Assembly: GCF_018977255.1 (NCBI RefSeq)
Contig: NW_024704742.1
Location: 94,738,001 to 94,802,000, forward strand
Source: Callorhinchus milii
Taxonomy: Eukaryota
DNA: 64,000 nucleotides
Direction: 5' to 3'
The number at the start of each line of letters is the position of its first letter. Position 1 is the first letter of the stretch. The notes beneath the pieces are model-generated. The model did no database searches and had not been told where the DNA came from. It worked only from the letters and a program-made list of their open reading frames with translations. Shown here piece after piece: positions 48,953 through 62,234 of this stretch. Position numbers and translations under genes: made by a program.

Positions 48953-51900
48953 TTCTCCCAAGTCATCAAGGAACTTCCCATGTTATTTCCTCACAAGATC
49001 TTCGATTCCCGTAAGTACTTATCCCCCCCAAAATGATCTATCACAATATTAAAAAAAGAGATAAGCACTCCTACTTCTTAAACTAATAAATCTAAATTCT
49101 GTCATAAGGACGATGAACTTCTAAGTTCATAAGTGTTGTACGCATTCAATTGCAGACTTGGAGTCTGCTTTATGGTAAGCTATTACCTTGGTAAGCTATT
49201 GTCAGTACCTTCATTCAGATCTGAAAAGTGGTGCAAGCGAGTTACATGAAGCATGAATGGTAAAAGCGAGCACCGTCTTGACTCTGAGCAACCTAAAAAT
49301 CAAAAAGGGATTGTCATCCTCGCTAAGAATTTAAAAGTAAAAAAAGCTCCCTAAGTCCTGCTTAGTGTGTTTGTGTGCTTGAAGGCGTATTTGGCATTTC
49401 AAAATATTATTTTCATAATAATGGGTAGTATTATCCTTTTGATAAAAAGTGTTCATCCACGACTGTTTGTGAGACACAGTTATGCTCAATTGGCTGCCTC
49501 ATTTTGCCCCCAAAATACACAATCAATCCACTGTACAATATGTTCTGTGCAGCACTTTGAGACGTCTCAACGAAGTGATAAGGCACTGTATCGAATGCAA
49601 GGTTTATTATTATTAGTCAGGTAAGAATCAAAGGTGACTAGGGTTTCATTATTCAAATTTTATGTGGTTTTGGTCTGCTGTGTGTTTGCTTCATGGAGTA
49701 AACAGAATGGTACAATATTCATGTTGCATTGGTATTACCAGGAGACTCTTAAGATAAGGTTTGTTGGGCGATGGCCCGGCCTTGCACCCTTTCCCCTTCT
49801 GGTCTTTTTTAGCAGCTCAGAACTAAGCACTAATTTATTTAAATTAAAAAAAGTTTGAAGAACACTTGAAAACACACATAGGACCTTTTACATTGAAACA
49901 GTGCAAAAACTATTTTTGCCACCCAAAATAATTTGAAAGAATTCAAATACATTCTGCAAAGCTTTGCTATGTTAATTTGATTTGCAATATTTATAGCACC
50001 TACTTTATACATTGGGTGGTTAACTATTTATGCTGCATGCCATTTAACCTGTAAATGTATAAGAAGGAGGCTACAACTGCGATATTTAAGTAAGTAACAA
50101 CCTAGGCTTGCAGTTTGACCAACCTTGGTCAATATTGCATTAGGGCTCAACCAAACTGTATAATTAAGGATTTAATAGAATTACTTATTTTGACCTGTTA
50201 AAAAATGCATGAGACAATCAAAAGGTAAAAACCATAAATGAAAGCACATAAATTGTGGCCTGCCTTATTTGTACCACTGTGCGCTACTGAAAGGTTATCA
50301 GAGTCAATCTTCTTTCTGGTTGTTGTGTGCATTCTCCTGTTTAAAATGCAGTTACTGCATTATTGATTTCCAGGATATGTTTTAAAAAGCATTTAGCATC
50401 GCCCAATTAGTTACTTCTTAATGCAGAATGTCAAAACAGAGTTATCGATCCATTAATTGATCAATTGATTCATTATTTTTTCCCTTTGCAAGAAGTGGGC
50501 CTGAAGTTAAGTTGTGGAAAGAACTGCTCTGCGGAGGTTTAGAGAGAAAATTGATAGAATGTGAGAGCATTACCCTTTACAACTCAACAGACCAGAGTGC
50601 TAAACACTGTATTCAATGTAAAGGATGACATTCCAACTTCAGAGCTAGTTAGGTTTCTCCTTTAACTGTTACAGCACCAGTGCTAGTAGATTGCAGGCGA
50701 ACAAAACATTTACAAGTACAATATTTATAATAAGTGATAGCAGGGTTAACCACAGGGTTGTAATGCAATTGAAGCTTCCAGGTGTGTGAAGATTAAAGTT
50801 ACTTAGTATTATCTGAATACCAGGAAAAATCTACAGCTTTGAAATTGCCCTGAATCTTGTTATTTATGAGTTATGAATTATGTCAGAAGCTTTTGCTTAT
50901 CTGATTAAATTAGTTTACGTATGTTGTGCTTAAACTATTTGAAGGAGACAAAGTATGGTCCAGCAACTTTTTTTGCGCTTGTCAAACTTCTTGTTTGGGT
51001 AGATTCAAAATAGCACTGTCCACCTTGCAGTCTCTGCTTCTGTGCTCCAAGCCTCTATCCTGCATGAAGGATGCTATTATACATACAAGTTGGTGGTGGT
51101 GATGGTAAAAAAAACAGGATTAGCAGATGCTCAGTTAATGAATATACCTAATACTATTGTTTTTTTCATGATAATTGCCCTTTTAGATCCTTGTGATATT
51201 CAATGGTAACTCAACAACTAAGATCTTGAATGTTATATAATCACACAGAGGTGTTAAAGGTGCCTGTGACATCACCAGTTTAGGATTACAGAAAAATAAT
51301 CGCCAGTCAGGTTGTTTGTCCAGAATACATTATAAGTGTTCTCATATTAAGAAGGTGCGCTTCCTAATTGAATACTATTGATTATTGTTGTACGAAAAGG
51401 ACGTGAGGAAGAGATTTGCAGGTGAGGAGATGGTATGGAGATGGAAGAGGGAGGCGTTGGGAGCAAGAAGAGTCCATTTCTGCATGGAAAAATCACATTC
51501 CCAAGGGTGCCGTAAATCACATTAATGCAAGAATTATTAATTGACATACATATCTAATGTAATATAAAATGCTTTGTTGTTTTGCATACATTGTCACATT
51601 ATGAATCACGCTGATATCTGTTTGCTGCAGGGTTCGGTATTTTCTTCTCAGCTTCAATCTTAATCTTCCGTAAGGAAAGGAGGACTCACAGCCAAGGGAC
51701 CTGGAGAGTTCGGACTTTAGATTTAATGAAACAAAATGGCTGCGTGTTTGAATAGCTGGAAATATCATCCGTCTCAAATTTGGCTCTTTACATCAACAAA
51801 ATTAACAATATTACATTTGTATAGCCAGCTTTCACGTCAGCAGGATGTCCCAAGGCGCGGGCTAATAAGGTGCAGACTTATTAGTCCGCTTGAACTGCTA

Positions 51901-53805
51901 ATCCTGTAAACTTGATGACACTCATGAAACGATTCATAACATTTACAAGAAATCTATTTTTCTAATGTTCTGTGGTTAAAAAAACACATTGAGCTGCCAG
52001 TTAATTGTAGTCCTATTACATATCCCCATTAAGTTTTGCACGGTAATAATGTTCTGTGTTATTGGATTTTGTTTACATCAGTGGGAAGGGGCATGATGCA
52101 TTCATTCCTCTTTTGATAAGACATGATATATTTCGGGTACAGAATATCCCAAGCAAATATAACATGTTTGAGCGTAACATTTTTTTTATGCACATTTGTT
52201 CTTCCAGGCAACCGGACTATTGTCAAAACCAGATTAGGCAAAGCCTAGTATAATACTCCATTACAGGGACAGAAAGATTTGCTGAAAATCCTGAGCTGAA
52301 ACCATTATAGTCCGAACTAGGCATTTTTATAATCATAATAGTCACTACCTTTGCAGTAACATCCTGAGATTTCCTTCTTATTCCATTGAGTTCTTCTAGT
52401 AAAATCTGAGGTGATCGAACACCTAAAGCTAGGATTGGCAGAGCAGATCAGAACTAAAGATGACATAATATTAATCCTTGCATTTGATACAGAGTCTTAT
52501 CACGTGATTAAGGCATCTCAAAGCTCTTCCCAAAATATATTATAAAATGAATTTGGTTCACTGGTTGAACAACACTTGAAAACCCAGGAAAGCAGCTTTT
52601 CAGGCTGGAAATCAATTGGACTTTTGGATTCTAGCTAAGCAAAATGGTAGGTCTAATATCTCTGGTAGGTTTCAAGAGTCTCGAATGACGAGTCAACAAC
52701 AACTTGCATTTATATAGCACCCTTCACATAGGATAATATCTTAGAGCATGGAGTCTCAGTCTAGCATTGGATAACTAACTACAGTACTTGGATTTACACT
52801 CTGGTCAGTAGTTTTTGACCAGGCTCCAGGGTTCCGAGTGTGCATTAATTAGTGATAAAAACACTTTATTAACCTCTTGCACAGTCAGCATGCTTCCTTC
52901 GCCAGACTAAGACTGGTGTGTGTAAATCAGCATTAATGCATTCTCATTCATTAGTGCTTACCTAGCACTAAAATGTTGTTCTGTTTGATTTTCCATTGAC
53001 TAAATAACGATTTTTCTACAAGTGTAAGAACTTGCAATTTAAGAACCGTGCTGTTAACGTGAATATTATTTAGGAAGGATATTTAATCACAAACAATATG
53101 TTCCTCTTACTTTCCTTGAATAGAAAACTTCCACTACAGAAAGAAGGATATTTTGCTTACCGCAAAAAAAATCCACCTAAATGGTTCTATTCGACCAGTT
53201 GAAAATAAAGTGTAAATAAAGCAGAATAGGATGCAAAGTAATACTAAATCATTAGCATCAAGTTGTTTCATTCATGGAACATGTAAAGTTTGCATGTAAA
53301 TGTTTGCCACTTACTGTATTGAGAAAAATCATTGATTGACTTCTTCAGACAAATCTTTAATTATGTTTCATCACCAGGACAGGTAATTAAATCAGACTAC
53401 CTCACACTGCTAAGCACGATTCATTTGGAAGTGCAAAATGTCTCTGGGTTGTAAGTACATTTGTTTTCTATCACACTGATGCAGGAAAGTTGTTGACACA
53501 TTTAAAAAAAAGTCAATGGTTCAGTCATAAGCTGGAGTCAGGTTTTACAAATGTTTTAACATTTTAAAACAAATTTGTACTACGCCAAGATCATCATCTG
53601 GTAAAGATCTCTCAAGGAAATAGATATGTTATTTAGCAATGTGCAAAACAATGAATTTAAAACTTGTTTTTTGGCTCTATGGATAACATTATAAAAAGAA
53701 TCAGGTCTTGGAACTAGATAATGGACAGATCTTCTGTCTATTCAATAGAAGCCGACTAACAGCTGGGACTTGTTTAATGTCACCATACTTCCAATTGCTG
53801 CTGAT

Positions 53806-54350
53806 TAGAATACATTAGAATATACAGAACAGAAACAGGCCATTCGGCTCAACTGGTACACAAGCCTCCTCTTGCCCTTCCTCAACTAAGCCTTCAAGCA
53901 CAACCTTTTATTCCTTTCTCCCTCATGTAACTCTCTAGCTTTCCCTTAAATACATCTATGCTATTTGCCTCAACAACTCATTGTGATAGCACATTCCAGA
54001 TTCCCACTACTCTCTGTGTGAAGACATTTCTTCTAACTTCCCTATTTGGTCTATTTGTGACTATTTTATATTGATGGCCCCTGGTTTTGGTCTCCCCCAC
54101 AAGTGGAAACATCTTCCCTATGTCTACCCTATCAAAACCTTTCACCATTTTAAAGACCTCTATCAGCTCACCCCTTACCCTCTTCTTTTCAAGAGAAAAG
54201 AGTCCAAATATGTTCAGCCTTTCCTGATGGGTATAACCTCTCAGTTCTGGGATCATCCTTAAGAATCTCCTTTGCACCCTCTCCAGTGCCTCTACATCCC
54301 TTCTATAATTTGGGGACCAGAACTGCACACAGTATTCTAAGTGTGGTTCT
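53806..54350 (-). mobile_element. CR1 LINE 3' fragment
   Basis: PHLEYCVQFWSPNYRRDVEALERVQRRF...FTQRVVGIWN followed by the 3' UTR. Confidence 0.93.
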
Positions 54351-54477
54351 GCAGTACAAATGATCACAATGCTTATAGAAGGTCCTTCGGCCCATCTGAT
54401 CTCATCCTTTCTGAATACCCACCCTACCCTTCCTCCATTTCTTTCAGTTTCCCCATGGTAAGTTCTATCCTATCCAT

Positions 54478-54843
54478 GGAGTTCTGTAGTGTAGTGGTTA
54501 GCACGTTCGCCTCGCAAATGAGAGGATCCAGGTTCGATTCCCGGGTGAGGTGAAACCTTAGGCAAGTTTCCTTACTCCACACGCCTCTGTTTACCTAGCG
54601 GTAAGTAGGAACCCAGTTGTTAGTTGATTGGCAAATTGCTTTGTGTGGATAATAAGCCCTCCAAAAAAAAATTTGTTCACTCAATCCACGACTGTTTGTG
54701 GGACACTGCTGTGTGCAATTGGCTGCTGCGTTTTACCCACAAAATACACAGTCAATTCACTTTAGAATATATTCTGTGAAGCGCTTTCAGATGGCTCAAC
54801 AAAACTATAAGACCCTATATAAATTCAAGGATTATTATTATTA
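54478..54843 (+). mobile_element. tRNA-headed SINE (long subfamily)
   Basis: A box, GGTTCGATTCC B box, long-subfamily segment, tail. Confidence 0.93.
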
Positions 54844-56974
54844 ATGATTCTATCCTTGCATAAAATCCTTCTTGGATCCTATGTTGTGGCCAATCCAACT
54901 CAATTTAAGTCCTGGTGGTTGAAACTGTTTCTAGAATTATGTGCGAACGTTTGGTGAAGAAATAAGGATTATTTCTTCCTCCTCTTCGACAGTGCTTTCG
55001 ATCACCCTGCTTCCCCCCAGCCCTCCACCCTCCCCAATCCCGTCCCCCAGCTCGGGTCCAAAACTCTGACTATCCAGTGCCTTGGGACGTCCTCCTGATG
55101 TGAAAGGTGCTACACAAATGTAATTTTGTTGTTATTTCCAGGTACAATCAAATGAAACGTGGTTTGAACAATTACACAGCGTCTCAACCCGAAATTCCTG
55201 ATTGATTCTGCCATGAAGTGGCTCCTCTTAGTTTTAATGATAAGCCTCGTACTTTAGTTTGTTATTCAGTTTATAGTATTCCAGTAATCCTCAAACAGAT
55301 GCATTTTTTTAAAAACCCATCCAATATTTTTTCCATACATAGTCCCTGGCACTTTATCAGTTTCTGTAAGTCATTCAAAGAATTCATTGATTTTATTTTG
55401 TTTTTCCCTGAACAGCATAAATAAGAACATAATAATTTACAATATTTTTCCCCTATAAAGTCTAGATTGATGTAAACCTGGAAAAAATAATCCAACTCTA
55501 AGAAAATAAAAAAATAAAAACCTTTGATATACTGTACATATATCTAAAAGCTACTTGAATCATAATGAACTGTATTTAATTGACTTATTTTTATTGTTGA
55601 ATGAGTTATAAGGACCAAAAGGAGAACAAATATGGTAAGAGAAGGAAAACAAGAGTGATAGCTCTATGTATATTCAAATCTTATTCTGGTTATCGAATTG
55701 GATTTAAGTTTGTATTGATGAAAGTTACATTGTGTTCTGTAAAGCCAACACAATCAAACAAGAAGAAGTCTATTTACATACTTGTATTTATTATTCTGGT
55801 TTAGAACCAATTGGCTGCACAAAAAGCCTGGATTGTTGTATAAACTGGTAATTGTTAATTGGCAGAACCCTTCACACATCAAACAAGACCGATATTTTGC
55901 CCAACATCTGTAAGACACAAACAGTCAATTGTACAATGACCGCTCTGGTTACGTTCAGCCCATTGGCAGAGAGCTATGGAAAACATTTGCTTTTGGCTCC
56001 ATCACAGAGTTCAAACTAATGTGGGGCAGGCTTGATATTCGGTCAAATTCCAAGTTTCCTCTTCTCTCCCTTTGATAGAATGCACTGTGCTGTAGGAGGC
56101 AGCATGCAGATGTAATTTTAAATCAAGTCCAGGTAGATGGTAAAATGCCATGGCTCTCACCACATAGAGCAGCAAAGAACCCAAATGTCTTGTACAAACT
56201 GTCTGCCAGAAATATCATTCCAACATCCTACTTGCTCACAATTTACAAAGGGAAATCAGGTTTGTGAGCCTTACTTTAGCAAATCCCAGCTTTGTATGGG
56301 AGAAAAAAATTAAACTGATCATGTCTTTTACATTTGCATTTGTAATCTAAAAATGGTTGTCCAGCATATTGATTTCTGCGACCTTTCTCTGTACGTCAGC
56401 ATTTCTTTAAACCGAGAATAATGGATAGCTGAGGACGATTACAAGTAGTAATTTAATTGAAGGAGCTGCGTGGCGTCATGAACAGAGACAGAAAAGCACA
56501 ATCAGTTTCTAACTATCTTTCAATCCATTACGTTATATTCATTACGTCCCTGAAATCACTCAAAACCGTTAGTTTTTCATAATACTTACTAAGGTCTAAA
56601 ACACAATATTTCTAACAGGAATCGCCCATGACTAGTTTCTAGGAAGATGTCACACTAACCCACAAGAATTGCATTCCAACACAACCTACCTCCAGAGCAG
56701 AGTTCTTATGGGTATTTTATCTTTCCATCATGTTACAACTCTGCTAATATTTGACTACATAGAGTAATTGACGTCATACACTTGCACTTAATACCTCTTA
56801 AATATTGTCTTAGAATGCTGTTGATAGGTTTCACATGAACTATATGCAACTTTTTCATCAATCAGATTGTGCCAGCAATATCCTCCATATCAGTGGTTTC
56901 CAAAGACATTGCTGAAATGTTGTTCTAGATAACCCCAAATCCCACCTTTCGATAGGCGCAAAGCTTTCAACCCG

Positions 56975-57056
56975 AGCTTACCTCCCCACAAGGAGTATCG
57001 TCACTAGCTGGTTAACTGCTGACCAAGTAGTGATACTTCTTGTGGGGAGGTAAGCT
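56975..57056. repeat. 82-nt near-perfect inverted repeat (mini-MITE-like)
   Basis: AGCTTACCTCCCCACAAG perfect 18-bp arm, with pairing continuing inward. Confidence 0.9.
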
Positions 57057-57064
57057 AGCTTAAC

Positions 57065-57612
57065 TTGGAGCTCAGCTGTCTCCAGGGTGATATGCTTGGC
57101 ATCAGAATATCAATATTGAGTCAATCCCTGTTCCTGAGCCAGGCGGGTTCGCAGTGCTCTGGAGCATTGCTGATGACAGAGCAGACAGTCTGGCTCAATG
57201 GCAGGACTTGGAGAGGCAGACCAGCCATTGGGAGCAGGGATTCTTCCCACTCACCTTATGTTAACTATGCAAGCCAAAGCCCTAATGGGTAATCTGGTCG
57301 TAGCTGGACATGCAGCAGGATAGCTAGACAGTGCTTACAATGAGAAACTATCGGTTTCAGTTGGTTAAGCTCCAGCACACTATATCATTCTCAAGCCTTG
57401 TCTTTTGACAACCTGTGCCTAATACTCTTCGGAATTAGGTAAGCAGGATGGGTCTCCTCAGGGAGAGAGCATTCCAACCCAGCCAGAGGGGAAATTCCAT
57501 GTATATGTGGCATACAATTCCAAGTGAATGTGGAACCTTCAGTCAAGTTCAGATAATCCTAAACATGGTGATGAGATTCCACATGCATCAGACACCCAAC
57601 TAACCCCCCAAA
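57065..57612 (+). mobile_element. Unassigned structured interspersed repeat, copy B (most complete)
   Basis: Joins both halves of copy A and overlaps copies C and D. Confidence 0.8.
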
Positions 57613-58964
57613 TAAATCCCTGAGACCATATATAGTGTTAAATGAGCATGTGATCTACAGTGGAAACCACTGGGCAGCCTTCTTTGCAGCAAAGTATTTT
57701 GAAAAGTGACAGTATTAATGGAGTCTAAAAATACTGCGGATTATTAATTATAAATCTGGTCTAATCTGCCTCTAGATGCCTATTATTTGAGGTTTCAGAG
57801 GGCAAATGCTGGTAACCCTTCATAACAGGCAATAGACAGTGGCCTAGCTCAAGAATATTGCAAGTCTTTTAATCAACTCAACCCTGTGTCTCCTGAAAAA
57901 TTCACCACCTCTGAGATAATTTCACTCCTCAGAAGCGTGTTGTAAAATAAACTGTGTTATACTTCCTGATGTCAAATGTTGTGTTATCCCAAGAGTAGGA
58001 CTCCTCCACTATCCCTGTCAGGGGAGAAATAAGACATAATAAAAAACACATAGACTGGTCTAGTTACTAGACTGGGTCACCAGGCTTTCCAGCCCATCCA
58101 ACGAAACGTTTTGCTTGTTTTGTTTTCTCAATGAAAGACTATAATATAGATTATTTTTAAAATACTGTGAAAATGCAACTAATGGCATTTCAGGCAGACT
58201 CCTCTTTTCCAAAATGACTGTACTGCAACTTCAGCCAAACTCAGAGATTGTAGCAGGTCTTTGTCCTATCGTCTTTCTGCATATGACCTGCATATAAGCC
58301 GTGCAAACTAACACATCCTTTAGGCCACTCAAGGTTTTTTAATATGCATCCCACCCAAGTGATTTGTTAAGTGCCTTTTTATGATCAGTATTCAAAAGGT
58401 TGAAATTGCTCCAGTTTATTTAAATTGGGCAAGGTTTCAGGGCTATGCACTTCAGGGAACTAAACAGAGACCACTTTTGTTTCTAGTTATAGTTAATGAT
58501 CTGAAATTTGATCGGTGAACATGAAAGTGGGTCAATGCTGTGATGTTTGAGCTCAATGGTTATTTACCAAATAGGACAACTCTGATATGTTGATTGAATG
58601 GCTGGAAGCCAATGGAAATGATTATCTATCCTCCAAAAGCCCAAATAAATAAGGACTGTTTACTCCAAAAACGTAATCAGGAAGTTCTAAGTATAAGAAT
58701 AGTCCACAAACAGATTGAGAATGTCACCAATCTACAACAGTTTATTGGCATTTTATTTCCCAACCTTTTGATAGCAGGGACTACATACCTTTTTACTTAC
58801 AATGCAGTGGACCCATTGAGCTTGTCAAGTCACTCAATCAAAACAGATCTCTGGTACGGTCCAGCTGTGAGTTTGCTGAGAATTGGTGCTGGTCCTGGGA
58901 ACAGCCATTGAGAAAGACTGTGTTAGCAAATTATGTCATATAACAAATATAGTATAACCAATAA

Positions 58965-59300
58965 TTGCATGTTGGTATAGCACCTTTCATATCGGGAGGA
59001 TGTATGAAAGTACTTCACAGGGTTTACTATGAAGTGGAGTGACTACTTATTTGTAGGCGAACATGACAGCCCAATTGCACACAAGAATGTCCCAGAAACA
59101 GCCATGAAGTGAAACACCAATTTTATTTAGGTGACTGTTGACCAAGACACTAGGAGAAATTTCCTTCTCTTTTTAAGCAGTGCCATGGGATCTTTAATGA
59201 CCACCTGAATAGGCAGATGGGCCCACAGTTTAACATCCTATCTGAAGACACCACCAACAATGCAGCACACCCCAGGTGTGGCACTAAAGTATTAGGATAG
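58965..59300 (-). mobile_element. Deu-domain SINE
   Basis: CAGTGCCATGGGATCTTTAATGACCACCTGAATAGGCAGA...TTTAACATC. Confidence 0.8.
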
Positions 59301-60589
59301 ACTGTATGAGTTTCAAATCTCTATATAGGTTCACAGATAAGTAGATATCTTGAAGCACGCAATAATTTGCAATCTCTTTGTATTTCTAAGGCCTGGTTTT
59401 AGCACTGATGATTTATTATTTTTTTAAAGAACAGCGATTAGGCCCTGTGTGGAATATATGGGCCATCTTTGGCCTTTTAGTTTAACATGGAGGACGATCA
59501 AGTCAGCTGGAGTTAATCCAAATGCAGCCTTGGAGGATAATATATAGTGACATAAATTATGATGAGATGCTCAGGCTGGGCAAACTAGAAGGATTTGAGG
59601 CAAGAAGGAGGCTTGTGTAAAGAGAGACTTGTGTAAAACAGTCATTTGAGGAACATAACCATAAAATATGTTAATTAACGATGACAGATCAGAAAAAAAT
59701 CATCTTAGAAACCGATATATAAATGGCTGAAAAGGCAAAATGGCTAGAACTAGTTTCTTGTTTACTAGCTCACTATTACTAAAGATTTGACAGATAATAT
59801 TGATCTGTCTAATTCTTGGCTTTAAAATTATGGTTCTATTCCTTTTTATCAAACTATCCTTTAGTGTTAATTCATAGATATTTTCAATGTCTGTGTTTCA
59901 ACTCTTCATCATGTGTATTCATATCAGGAACATGCATTTCCCATTTGCAGTAAAAATGAATGTGTGCTATAATAATAATCCTTGTATTTGATATGTAATA
60001 ATAACTCTTGCATTTGATATAGCACCTTATCACATTGTTGAGTTGTTTCAAACAACTTCACACAATATACTGTAATGAATGTGGTGTGAATATGTATTTT
60101 GTGGGCCTACAAATAAATAAGATACTGCACTTGTTGTAGACACTTTTATCAAATGCAAAGATTAATACTACAGCCATTATTCTTATTGTTAGCATAAATT
60201 CTTAATCAAGTGACGTCTTATTTGTATGTAATGATGTAGGCAGAACATACAAGATTATAATAACACATGAGAATGCTCAGTAACAGAGTGAGGATATAGC
60301 TTTTATCCCTTACTCCTCTGACATCCCAATATTGTATAACAAAAGATGTACTTCTCTGACTGCACTTTTGGTCATCTTTCTCCTCTTCGCCCCTCTTGGT
60401 TCTTACCTCCAGCACAAGGTGCCCAGCCAGCAGTGTCAAGCGATTTGAGATATCCACCCACGTGAGAAGGTACTATAAGAATATAAATTGTATTGTGTTT
60501 TGATAGCTTAGACATTTTCCATGCCGTGTCCAAGGCAAATGATTCTTAAAAAAACAAAAATAGTCAACTGTATGATATAACTGTGCATA

Positions 60590-60862
60590 AAGTTGGGCCT
60601 TCAACCTCTCTGGCCCACCCTTTGGAACTCCATCCCGGAGTTCCCTTTGCCTTGCTTTCTCTCCCTTTCCTCCTTCAAGACATGTCTCAAGAACCTCCTC
60701 TTCGACTGCGCCTTCGGCCACCCTCCTACCCCTACCTTCCGTGCCTTCCATCCTTTCTGATCCCAACCCCCTGCTCTGGTCCAAATCTCTGATTGTCCAG
60801 CATCTCGCAGTGTCCTCCCGACATAAAGGGTGCTATACAGGTATAATTTGTTGCTGTTGTTG
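60590..60862 (+). mobile_element. L2 3' end
   Basis: Similar to 8890-9170. Confidence 0.8.
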
Positions 60863-61214
60863 TCTTTCATAGTTATCGTTCACTGTTTACATGATAATAA
60901 TCCTTGTATTTGATATAGCGCCTTATCACATCTTCGAGACGTCTCAAAGCGATTAACAGAATATACTGTTAAGTAAGTTGACTGTATATTTTATGGGCGA
61001 AATATATGCTGTACAGCTCATTATTCCGAGGCTAATATCTCTAAACCCATCGCTTTGACAGTGCTTTTAGTCATCTAACTTCTGGCACTCCTTGCCTCTA
61101 TCCCTTCACTTCATTATCTCTTTGACTGTGCCATTTGGCCCATTGTGTCTTTGATGTCTCTTTGAAAGAGCAGCCCATTAAATCCCATTTACCTCAATTT
61201 TCCACATATTTGTG

Positions 61215-61550
61215 ACACTGGGTTTCTGTGTAAAACCATCAGCATGCTTAAGAATATCCAAACCAGTCAGTGTTCCACATATATTTTGCTGTGTCTGGAA
61301 TGGAATGCATATTCTCTCCCTGGAGGGAAGCACTCTACTTATTTAATATCAGAAAGTATTAGGCATAGATTGGCAAGAGCCAAGGCTTGGGGACCCTAGA
61401 GTGTATGTTAAGGTACTGCTGGAACTTAACCAGCTAAAACTGCATAGCTTACCATTGTGAGTGAGCACTGAATGGCAAGCTTTCTTCTGCTTGTCCAGCT
61501 ATGATCCCATTACAGCCCTACCCATAAGGGCTTCAGCTTGCAGGGTTAAT
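61215..61550 (-). mobile_element. Unassigned structured interspersed repeat, copy D
   Basis: Reverse complement aligns to ~57260-57600. Confidence 0.75.
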
Positions 61551-61784
61551 AAAACAGATCAGTAATCCTTATATTTGGTATAGAGTCTTTCACATCAAGA
61601 GGATGGCCCCATTTCTTCACAGGATATACTGTAAAATGGAATGACTGTGTGTTTTGTAGGCGAAAGCAGCAATTTGACACATCAATATCTCACAAACAGC
61701 TATTGAATGACTGTCCATTTTTTGAGAGGGAGGATTGTTGATCAAAATACCAAGAAAAAGGCAGGGGAAGGAAGGTTACAGTTC

Positions 61785-62102
61785 GGAGTCCTGTAGCTCA
61801 GTGGTTAGAGCATTCGCTTTGCAAGCGAGAGACCTGAGTTCAATTCCAGGCAGGGCGAAACTTTGGGCAAATTTCCTTACTCCACACGCCTAATAATAAT
61901 CCCTCCAAAACCCAAAACAATAATAAATTGGTCATTTTCAATCTACGACTGTTTGTGGGACATTGCTGTGCGCAATTGGCTTCCGCGTTCGCCCACAAAT
62001 ATACAGTCAATTCACTTTACAGTGTGTTCTGTGAAGCGCTTTGGGACATCCTCCCGACGTGAAAAGAGCTATATCAAATGCAAGGATTATTATTATTATT
62101 AT
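61785..62102 (+). mobile_element. Young full-length tRNA-headed SINE (short subfamily)
   Basis: Near-identical to 33626-33946. Confidence 0.96.
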
Positions 62103-62234
62103 AGTTACAGTTAGAAGTAAACCAGCAAAACTAAGAATGATGAAGGTGGCAGAGCAGATTAGCGAGGGAGATAAACAGAGTGTGTCAAGGAGGGACAAGA
62201 AGCTCAGCAAAGAAAATAGGGCCTTAGCAAGTAG

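Noticed and set aside
16656..62102. tRNA-Ala-like genes
   Set aside because: Each is the head of a SINE, continuing into SINE body and L2 tail with no proper acceptor stem
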